From assembly GCA_964347035.1 (NCBI GenBank), contig CAYFXE010000002.1, positions 17,692-81,691 of the forward strand: 64,000 nt of DNA, written 5' to 3'. The notes beneath the pieces were generated by a model. The model was not told the DNA's origin. It saw nothing but the letters and a program-made list of their open reading frames with translations, and ran no database searches. This DNA comes from an uncultured Eubacteriales bacterium. Its GTDB lineage: Bacteria; Acidobacteriota; Aminicenantia; Aminicenantales; Aminicenantaceae. Below, in pieces: positions 52,302 to 60,900 of the stretch (positions are counted from its first letter, which is position 1; every line of letters starts with the position of its first letter). A program made the position numbers and the translations under genes.

Positions 52302-54386
52302 ATGAAGATTTATAAATGGATATGTTGTTTTTTTATTATTCTTCTTTTTATCCGGCCGATTTACCCTGCAGAAAAGATGAAAGAAGAAGGTCTTTCCGAA
52401 AAGTACAGAGAATGGCTTAAAGTAACGAGTTACATCATCCTTCCCCAGGAAAAAGATGTTTTTTTGCAGCTTGCTTCAGATAGAGACAGGGATCTCTTCA
52501 TCCAGGCCTTCTGGCGCCACCGGGATCCTACTCCAGGAACGCCTCAGAATGAATACAAACAGGAGCATTTGAAACGTTTCGCCTACGCGAATGCCTATTA
52601 TAAGCGAGGAACTCCCCGCGAGGGATGGATGACCGATATGGGAAAAATACATATCATCCTCGGGCCTCCTTCGAGCATCGAGAGGTTTGACAGCGAGGCA
52701 GGTATCCATCCTTGTCAAGTGTGGTATTATTATGGAGACAAGACAAAGGGACTTCCTACTTATTTTGCCATCATTTTCTTTCAACGAGGAGGAGCTGGAG
52801 AATATAAACTGTACAACCCCACTACTGACGGCCCTGGCAGTCTTTTGATCGGAGGGTATGGGCGGGGTGTGGCGGATTACCGAGCGGTATACCAGAAGAT
52901 CAAGGAACTCGCTCCGAGTTTGGCCGGAGTGGCCATCTCGATGATCCCTGGTCAGATCCCCCCTGATTATCAACCCACTCCCAGGAATAACATCATCTTG
53001 GCCAATATTTTTGAGTCCCCGAAAAAGGAGTTAACTCCAACCTATGCCACTCACTTCTTGAACTATAGAGGGATCGTCAGTACCGAGTATTTGACCAATT
53101 ACATCGAGAGCTTCGGTCTTGTGGCTTTGACTCGAGATCCTGTTCTGGATATGAATTTTGTTCATTTCTCCATCAATCCCAAAAGCTTTTCTGCTGATTA
53201 CTTTGAGCCCAAAGATCAGTATTTCTGTAATTTTCAGCTCAACGTCAGTGTTAGGCACGATCAGGAAGTGATCTTTCAGTATTCGAAGGATTTTCCTTTC
53301 TATTTCGAACCTTCCGCTATGGAGAGGATAAAAGGAAAAGGAATTTCCATCCAGGATTCTTTCCCTCTGATCGAAGGAAAGTACAGGTTGATTGTTCTCA
53401 TTCAAAATTCCGTGGGCAAAGAATTCAGTGTTTTCGAAAAAGATGTTAATGTTCCAGAGTCAACGGGATTACCCGGGATAATCAGTCCTGTTCTCGGCTT
53501 CAAAGCTGAGCAACAAAGAGATCCTCTGCACATGCCTTTCAAAGTTGCAGAAACAAAAATACTCGTTGACCCGGAAAATACGATTTCTCCATCTGAAGAA
53601 GTGGTTCTGTTATTTAATCTCGTCAACATATCAGATGAGATGAGGGAATCAGGAAAGATCAGGATTCTCGTCAACGGCCTTGGTCACAGGGACCCGATAA
53701 AAAAATCTTTTACCCTCGAACTGAAAACATACCCCTCTAAAAAAACTCTGGTCATCACCCACTCCATCCCGGCTAGAGAGTTTTCCCCGGATTACTATGA
53801 GATGAGTTTAATCCTTGAAGACGGTGAAGGAAATACAATCGACGAGAAAAAAACACAATTTATCCTTTCTTCCCAAGCAGAGGTTCCTCACCCCGTTACC
53901 CTGGCCAAGTCATTCCCTGTATCAAACAACTTTTTGTATTCTTATTCTTTTGCCTACCAATATGACAAAGTGAAAAACTTCCAGAGCGCAGAGGAATATT
54001 ATGAAGATGCTTACAGGCTGAAACCCGATTACAACAGGGGAATTGTTGAATATTCGAACTTCCTGCTTAAGATAAGAAAATTCGAGAAAAGCCTGGATTT
54101 TATCGAAAAAGTCAGCGACGATGAGGAAATGAAATTTCAGTATCACCTGGTAAAAGGGAAAGCTTTACTTGGAATGGAAAAGTATCAAGAGGCTATAGAA
54201 TCATTGCTCGAGGGGAATAAAATCTACAACAGCGATGTTGGACTCCTAAACTCTCTTGGTCTATGTTACTACAAAATCGGCAGAAAAGAAGAAGCCTTGG
54301 ATGTCCTCAAAGCTTCCCTTCGGTTAAATGCCAATCAGAAGGATATCAAAAAGCTCATCGATGACATCGAGAAAAACCACGATTAA
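52302..54386 (+). CDS. GWxTD-domain protein with C-terminal TPR repeats
   Basis: Signal peptide; 'REGWMTDMGKIHIILGPP' is the GWxTD signature; TPR-like C-terminus. It starts 22 nt after the sulfatase-like gene. Confidence 0.75.
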   Translation: MKIYKWICCFFIILLFIRPIYPAEKMKEEGLSEKYREWLKVTSYIILPQEKDVFLQLASDRDRDLFIQAFWRHRDPTPGTPQNEYKQEHLKRFAYANAYYKRGTPREGWMTDMGKIHIILGPPSSIERFDSEAGIHPCQVWYYYGDKTKGLPTYFAIIFFQRGGAGEYKLYNPTTDGPGSLLIGGYGRGVADYRAVYQKIKELAPSLAGVAISMIPGQIPPDYQPTPRNNIILANIFESPKKELTPTYATHFLNYRGIVSTEYLTNYIESFGLVALTRDPVLDMNFVHFSINPKSFSADYFEPKDQYFCNFQLNVSVRHDQEVIFQYSKDFPFYFEPSAMERIKGKGISIQDSFPLIEGKYRLIVLIQNSVGKEFSVFEKDVNVPESTGLPGIISPVLGFKAEQQRDPLHMPFKVAETKILVDPENTISPSEEVVLLFNLVNISDEMRESGKIRILVNGLGHRDPIKKSFTLELKTYPSKKTLVITHSIPAREFSPDYYEMSLILEDGEGNTIDEKKTQFILSSQAEVPHPVTLAKSFPVSNNFLYSYSFAYQYDKVKNFQSAEEYYEDAYRLKPDYNRGIVEYSNFLLKIRKFEKSLDFIEKVSDDEEMKFQYHLVKGKALLGMEKYQEAIESLLEGNKIYNSDVGLLNSLGLCYYKIGRKEEALDVLKASLRLNANQKDIKKLIDDIEKNHD

Positions 54387-54387
54387 T

Positions 54388-54414
54388 CGTCTAATTTGTT
54401 AAAAAATTAGACAC
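54388..54414. promoter_or_regulatory. inverted-repeat upstream motif (candidate activator site)
   Basis: CGTCTAAT-N11-ATTAGACAC. TTAGACA lies 59 nt upstream of the promoter GG. Confidence 0.55.
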
Positions 54415-54464
54415 TTTTCCGGCAAATAATTCCCGATTTTCTTCATTACCCCGAGAATATCGCT

Positions 54465-54480
54465 TGGCATGTATTTTGCT
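54465..54480 (+). promoter_or_regulatory. sigma-54 (-24/-12) promoter motif
   Basis: TGGCATGTATTTTGCT, with GG and GC spaced 12 nt apart. Confidence 0.75.
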
Positions 54481-54615
54481 AAATAAAGAGTGAGGAACTC
54501 TATAAAGAAAATGCTGAGCATCTATTCGAAGCCAGTGATGGATATATTGTCAAAGATATACAGCAGAAACAAATTGTAATAGGAGATCACATGATGTCCG
54601 TATGGAGGAAGAAAA

Positions 54616-55299
54616 ATGCAGGATGACGTCAAAGAGGTTTTAAACATCATTAGGGAAAGGATTAAAAATGATCCGACGAATTCGAAGATGGTCTGTACCT
54701 ACGGCATCCTGCTCATTGAAGTTGGGCATTATGATGCGGCTGTGGAGATTCTGCGAGAGGGCTTGACGTACAAACAGGATGATGCAGAATTGTGGAGTTA
54801 TTTGGGATTGGCTTACTGGCGGAAGGATGATCAAAAAAATGCGATCACCTCTTACCAGAAAGCCATTCTTTTAAACAAGCATTACCCAGTTGTTTTTTTT
54901 AATCTAGCGTCTCTTTATCTTTCCCGATACGTCGAGTCGAAAAACGAAGTCTATTTCAAAAACTCCGTTAAAAATTTTAAGAAGGCGATCGAACTCGATC
55001 CCTGCTATGCTTCAGCCTACAATGGTTTGGGAACTGCGTATGTCAAAGCAAACAATATCGAAGCGGCCATCAATTGTTGGGAAAAGACTATCAAGATCAA
55101 ACCTGAGTTCTCATCTGCCGTTTATAATCTAGCTCTCGCTTATCTGGCCAAAGGGAATAGCACCAAGGCTTTGAAGTTCTTTAACAAGTACAAGAAGAAT
55201 CACTATGAACATCTGACTCAGGGAGAAAAAGACCAGTTCGATGCTTTGATCAAGAAATGCCAGAACAACAGGAAAAGAGGTGACACCGCCTACGGATAA
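54616..55299 (+). CDS. stand-alone TPR protein, paralogous to the C-terminal TPR module of the sulfatase-like proteins
   Basis: 'FKKAIELDPCYASAYNGLGTAY...AAINCWEKTIKIKPEF...YNLALAYLAKGN' vs 'FKKAIELDPGYAEAYNGLGSAY...AAIQSWERALELKPDY...YNLGLSYLSKGN' in the 50154 product. GGAGG SD site; no signal peptide. Confidence 0.75.
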   Translation: MQDDVKEVLNIIRERIKNDPTNSKMVCTYGILLIEVGHYDAAVEILREGLTYKQDDAELWSYLGLAYWRKDDQKNAITSYQKAILLNKHYPVVFFNLASLYLSRYVESKNEVYFKNSVKNFKKAIELDPCYASAYNGLGTAYVKANNIEAAINCWEKTIKIKPEFSSAVYNLALAYLAKGNSTKALKFFNKYKKNHYEHLTQGEKDQFDALIKKCQNNRKRGDTAYG

Positions 55300-55406
55300 G
55301 ACATTCATGACCGTGATTGGAACAGTGCAATCGAGAAAGATGAACAAGAAGTAACGGAGGAAAGGCTATAAAGGGAGGCCTCAAAAAATTTAAAAAGGAG
55401 GGATGA

Positions 55407-55469
55407 ATGAAGAAGATGATCCTCCTCATCTTGCTTCTCATCCTGCTGTTCTTATCTTTAGGAATTTAA
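55407..55469 (+). CDS. candidate 20-aa hydrophobic micro-protein
   Basis: AAAGGAGGG lies 4 nt upstream of the ATG. The product is MKKMILLILLLILLFLSLGI. It was not in the ORF track because it is under 60 aa. Confidence 0.3.
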   Translation: MKKMILLILLLILLFLSLGI

Positions 55470-55544
55470 TCGAACAGCAGGTGTCATTAGGGGATTAGAT
55501 AATGCTCCCCTGAGTATTATCTGAGCTATTTGGAGTGGCCGTCT

Positions 55545-56084
55545 CTAATTCTTTAGTTCCTGGCCGCAGTGGGGGCAGCACCGCCAGGTGCTCTCCACCG
55601 GCTTGTCGCACTCAGGGCAAACAGCCTGAAGCTTAGTCCCGCAATGAGGACAAAACGTAAAGCCCATCTCGACAGGGTTTTGGCAGTTCGGACAGGGTTG
55701 TGTCACTTGGACTGTTTTGGGTGCGGATATCGTGTCAGCCCGGACAATCAGATAAATCAATAATCCTATCAGATTGCCGATAAAGACAAGCAGTGCCCAC
55801 AACACACCGTTCATGCCTCGGCGCTCGGCATCCCGGTAAACCCAGACAATCACAAAAATCCAGAGGACGAGCAGCGCCAGCGTCACCACCCGGAGCGGAT
55901 TAAAATGGATAAGCCCCATTGGACCTATATGGATGGACCGAATGTCCGGCGTCCGGACGGCATGCCAGACACTGGGGAATATACCTAAAGGCGAGAGGAT
56001 AAAAGGTGTCATTTGCAGGACAATTAACAAGATAAGGACGACCAGCAGAATAAGCCCGACTGTTTTTGCGGTTGAAGTCGCCAT
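55545..56084 (-). CDS. membrane protein with C-terminal double zinc-ribbon
   Basis: Three TM helices, including a 'WVYRDAERRGMNGVLWALLVF' PLD-nuclease-N-like segment. C-terminal 'CPNC...CPHC...CPEC...CPHC'. Confidence 0.65.
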   Translation of the reverse strand: MATSTAKTVGLILLVVLILLIVLQMTPFILSPLGIFPSVWHAVRTPDIRSIHIGPMGLIHFNPLRVVTLALLVLWIFVIVWVYRDAERRGMNGVLWALLVFIGNLIGLLIYLIVRADTISAPKTVQVTQPCPNCQNPVEMGFTFCPHCGTKLQAVCPECDKPVESTWRCCPHCGQELKN

Positions 56085-56155
56085 GTCATACCTCCTATTC
56101 CATGCCAGGATCCGATCCCGAGCACGGCATTGAAAATCTCGGCACTGTTGCCTGA

Positions 56156-56647
56156 TTAAGTCATGTTTAAATAGTGGCTTCTCCCTCGGAATTTCCTGAG
56201 AATAAGCGGTGAAAAAAAGAGCATCACCGCATTCTGGATCATAAGCGATAGAGTTACTATTGCTTGTAATGAGAGGATCTCTTCTGCGGCCAGCTCCTTC
56301 AGTAAAGGCAGTATCAGTATCACAGTTAGGACAACGAGAGATACTAAGGCCAGCCAGATATACGCAGGAATGGATGTGGCCTTGATTCGACTGATAAACC
56401 CTTTCTCATTCGGATAAGGAGTCTTTATGGCGGTGTGACACATGAGTTGAGTTCGATGTATCAACTCTTCAGAGGGAACAGGAGCTTTTGTCTCCTGAAG
56501 AAAAAGCCGGATTTTTTTCAGATCCTCTTCGAAACAGGCACAATCTTCACATTGGGCAACATGCTTCTCAACCAGGGACAACCTGTCTTCCTCCAGGGTT
56601 TCATCTGATAAGTCGATAAGCCATCGTTGGATGTCTTTACACTTCAT
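56156..56647 (-). CDS. zf-HC2-type anti-sigma factor
   Basis: N-terminal 'C...H...C..C' motif ('EKHVAQCEDCACFEED') plus two TM helices. ATGA overlap with the sigma gene. Confidence 0.75.
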   Translation of the reverse strand: MKCKDIQRWLIDLSDETLEEDRLSLVEKHVAQCEDCACFEEDLKKIRLFLQETKAPVPSEELIHRTQLMCHTAIKTPYPNEKGFISRIKATSIPAYIWLALVSLVVLTVILILPLLKELAAEEILSLQAIVTLSLMIQNAVMLFFSPLILRKFRGRSHYLNMT

Positions 56648-57270
56648 GTTGTCCTCTCTTCCAGGGAATAGGGTTTGGGTTTATAGGCGGAAAGATCTCG
56701 TTGGAGCCCTTTCACTGCCCGGTACATCAAGGATTTGACCGTCCCTATCGGTATCTTGAGCATCTCGCTGATTTCTGTTTGTTTGAACCCCTCGATTTCC
56801 TTGAGAACAAAAATGAGACGTTGGCGTTCGGGAAGTTGGGTTAGGGCTTTTGATAGAGCCATACTCAAATCTTTCTGATCCTCCGCTTTAGAATTTTTGC
56901 ATACCTTTTTTCCCGTCGATACAGATACTATGTTTTCTCCTTGCTTGAAAGCTTTGTATTTTTGGAGGAGGAATAGCCGCCTGATCCTTTTCTTCCGAAG
57001 AGCATCGCGATGCAGGTTGGCGGCTATGGTCAAGATCCAGGATATGAATGTACTTTCTTTCGAGATTTTCGGAAAATTTTTTACCACTCGCAACCATGTC
57101 TCCTGAAAAAGATCTTCTGCCTCCCCTCTGTTTTGTGTCAGATAATATGCAAAACGGAAGACTGCGGTTTTGTGTTCATCGTACAGGGCATCGAATTCGG
57201 CGGAGCTAAGAGAATCTGTTTTCTGGACAGAATTTCCAATCTCAGCCTTCAACACATTCTCCATTCGCAT
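56644..57270 (-). CDS. ECF-type sigma-70 family sigma factor
   Basis: Region 2 reads 'AEDLFQETWLRVVKNF' and region 4 reads 'GFKQTEISEMLKIPIGTVKSLMYRAVKGL'. Confidence 0.85.
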   Translation of the reverse strand: MRMENVLKAEIGNSVQKTDSLSSAEFDALYDEHKTAVFRFAYYLTQNRGEAEDLFQETWLRVVKNFPKISKESTFISWILTIAANLHRDALRKKRIRRLFLLQKYKAFKQGENIVSVSTGKKVCKNSKAEDQKDLSMALSKALTQLPERQRLIFVLKEIEGFKQTEISEMLKIPIGTVKSLMYRAVKGLQRDLSAYKPKPYSLEERTT

Positions 57271-57480
57271 CCAGTTTCATTAGATAGGACGTTTGAGACA
57301 GGAAATAGTTTTGGTCAAAAAAAATTCTGTTAATTCCTTCAATTTCATGATTTTGAAAAAAGCAATGATTTTTAGTTTCGATCACTCCAATTATAAAAAA
57401 ATGATGACGAAGATCAAACCAGAAGAAATGAGATTTAATTCACCAGATTGGACATTGATGGGAAGAAGGTTAGATGGGAA

Positions 57481-57501
57481 ATTGTCTAATTTTTAGACAA
57501 T
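57481..57501. promoter_or_regulatory. perfect palindromic upstream motif (candidate activator/regulator site)
   Basis: ATTGTCTAA-TTT-TTAGACAAT. It lies in the divergent region between the ECF sigma gene and the third receptor-like gene, 101 nt upstream of the promoter GG. Confidence 0.6.
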
Positions 57502-57592
57502 TTTCCGTAAATAATGAGCCAAGTTTTAAATAAATCCTCCTGTCCTTTCTCTATCCCCCTGAAAAGAAAAGAGTTAATTTATCTCATCATCT

Positions 57593-57608
57593 TGGTACAT
57601 AAATTGCA
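57593..57608 (+). promoter_or_regulatory. sigma-54 (-24/-12) promoter motif
   Basis: TGGTACATAAATTGCA, with GG and GC spaced 12 nt apart. It lies 295 nt upstream of the 57903 ATG. Confidence 0.65.
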
Positions 57609-57902
57609 TATAAATGCATTTGTATAAATCATGCTTTAGAGGAGAGGCGGGCTGAAACATACACAACAGCCCTGATCTTTATCATTTGAGGTACCAAATT
57701 TTATGATCTGGATAATCAAGACGAAAAAAGGAGGTGTCGAAAGGAATATTGATTCAAACAAATGGTCTCAAGGTTTGGAATACAAGGCTTGATTTTGTCC
57801 TTGATTCCAGGGTACAGGTCTAAAGGTTCTACTCTGCACAGTCGTGTAGAGTGGGAAGGCCACGACTCCCGAAGATTCGGGAGAAGGGGGAAATGAAAGC
57901 AC

Positions 57903-60900
57903 ATGAGAAAAAACTTCATTGGAATTTTTGTTATGTTGTCCATCTTTTTTATCTCCGCAAACATGCTGTCTGCGCAGTCGCGAACCGGAACCCTGAAGGT
58001 TATCGTCGTCGATGATACGGGCAACGTTGTCCCAGGCGTTTCGCTCGTACTCACAAGTCCTGTCATGATGGGTGAAAAGACGCTGATCACCGATCCCTCC
58101 GGCGGAGCCCTGTTCATCAATCTGACTCCGGGAACGTATGAACTCAAATCCAGCATCCCGGGATTTCAGGAGAAGGTATCCCAGAATATCAGCATATCAT
58201 TGGATAAACAGACTCTTCTCCAGGTAGAGATAAAGCCGGCAGTAATACAGGAATCGGTGACCGTAACGGCTGAAGTTCCCGCTGTAGACCCTACAAAATC
58301 GGTTATTGCCGAACATGTGAGGCATGAGACGGTCGAGTCCCTTCCGATCGCTCGCGACTTCGTCAGCTATTTGCAATTGGCTCTTGGGGTAAACATGGTC
58401 CCCAACTCTCAGGGACGAGATATGCCGCAGGATCCAGCTGGAAAGGGTGGACAGAACTATAATGACCGAGGCCTCCAGGGAGCGGACTCCGTCACAGGAG
58501 GAGGCAAGAGAGGGTCTCGTGATAATCTCTATTTCCTTGATGGTATGAACATCACAGGATTATCTTCTCAGACGGCCCTGATGAAATTCAACAACGAAGT
58601 CATCCAGGAACAGGAGTTAATGACCTCTGGTGTTCCGGCAGAATACGGAGGTGGAAAGGGTATTGTGGGAAACATCGTCACCAAATCCGGAGGGAATAGG
58701 CTTTCGGGTTCGGCGAACTTTTATGTGCAACCCAAAGGATTTTTCTTGCCGTTCGGAGGAAACGAATACGATAAGGCGGATAAACCCGATACTCTCATTA
58801 ATGAATCAACCATGCTAGAAGGGTACAAAGACAACGCCTATGACACAGCTGCGACTCTGGGTGGACCAGTCATTAGGGACAAATTTTGGTTCTTCTTGTC
58901 AGGCCAGTACAGAAAAAATTCGGACACGTTCGCTCTTTCGGAATCTGCTTCTTCAACCAGGGAAGAGGCGGATTATTCTCAGAAACGGGTAGGATTTTTT
59001 GGAAAAGTCACTTTTAGACCGACAGGCAACGATTCACTAACTCTTATGTACTTCCTCGACACCTTTGATATTCTTGGAGAGAGAGACACAAACACTATCA
59101 AAATCCGACAGAGATCCCGAGAATACGACTACAATGTCTTCAGCGGCTATTACCAGAGAGTCTTAGCAAACAACATGATCTTCGATATTCGTTTTGGACG
59201 TTACATCAGGAAATATTTACTAGCCCCTCGTTTTACAGATGAAGGCACCCCCGATACTGTTTATTACCTGCCGGGCTCATACCCATCCATCGAGAATTAC
59301 ACCTTTGGCGGCTACAAAAACGGTTATGATGAAAAAAACACCAGAGATCAATTCAGCGGTTCACTCGAGTGGTATCTCAGTAATCACCGGGTCAAGTTGG
59401 GGTTAATGTACTCGAATGAAAATGACAAAGACGACAGACACTTTTATTATGGCGAGCAACGTAATTCTGTAGATTTTGACCTAGCTGGGGTGACGCTCGG
59501 AGAGCTGCTTGATGCGGGAATTTGGCCTGAGAGCGAAATGAATGAGCGGTTGATTCCCCGTTTGAACAACAATTGGGATTCGACTTCTGAGGCCTTTGAT
59601 TTGAATAATGATGGAGTCGTGACTCGGGAAGAGCTGGAGAAAGCCACCTTTTCGGACTTCAACGAGAGAGGCCTGAATTTCATGAGAAGCTTGGACGCAA
59701 AAACAGGGCCGAACAAAGTTCGTGCAGCGCGTTACATGGGATACCTGATGGATGACTGGAGAATTAGCGACTATTTCACTCTCAATGCCGGAGCTCGAAT
59801 TGAAAAACACAATTATTATACCTCTGAAGGTGATGTCATCCTCAAGATGCCCTTTAGGATTTTGCCTCGAGTCGGTTTGGTCTGGAATATCGGTGCGAGA
59901 GGAACACACAAATTGACGGCTTTCTATGGGCAGTTTTCCGATCCCATAGACTTTTCCATGGTTCATTTCGCAGGAAACATTTCAGGACGCGTTCAGCATG
60001 AACAGATCTGGCTCAACGGAGACTGGTATACTTTTCGAGTTCGAGGATCGGCCGAGCACAGAGATGCTGTTTGGACTCCGAATACCAGGGATGCTCTATC
60101 CCATGAATTCTCCTTGACACATGAGATCGATTTGGGTGAGCAGCTTGTCGTCTCCAGTCAGGTTTATTACCGGATGGACCGAAGAGTCATCGAAGATTAC
60201 GACCTCTTCACGTATGTAGAAAATTACGAAGGCGATCCCGTTTGGGGACATCTGGATCTTTCTTTCGAGGATTTTGGATATCCATCCTCCGGCCCGCCTG
60301 GAGAGGCCAACTACTTCCTTTCCAACCTTATCGGCGCCAAAAGAAATACGGTAGGCTTCGATTTTGAAGTATCTAAGCGCTTTGAAAATGGTTCTTTCGT
60401 AGCGGGTCAGTATTCGTTCAAACGAGCAAGAGGAAACAGTCAATCTGATTCAGACGCCGATCTCCAGGGGGATTTCATTGGGCTCGACCCCAGAAATGAC
60501 TGGATGTATGGACCCACTCCCGGAACCATTCCCCATAAGATCAAAGTCTTCGGAACCTACAGAACTCCATTTGGCTTGGATATTGGAGCCCTGTTCTACT
60601 GGAACTCTGGATTGATTTTCACAGAATCCTATGATTTCTATCCCGGTCTCTACAGCATCTATTACAATTGGCCGTTGAACGAAGAAGAAACTCTGTTTGC
60701 CAAGACAGGACAGGAAAAGGCACCTGGTTATTACCAGATCGACCTGAAGTTCAATTACACGTTAAGGCTTGTAGAGAGGGCATCTCTCCAGCTCTTCTGT
60801 GATATTTACAACCTCACCAACCATCAGCAGCCCATTGATCTCCAGTATGCACGAAATGATCAACAGTGGGATTACAAGGATACCGTCGAGATCCTGATGC

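Noticed and set aside
57609-57902. Cobalamin or other known riboswitch in the leader of receptor-like paralog 3.
   Set aside because: I could not find a B12-box or any other riboswitch core I recognise by eye. It needs an Infernal scan, so it is reported only as a long leader.
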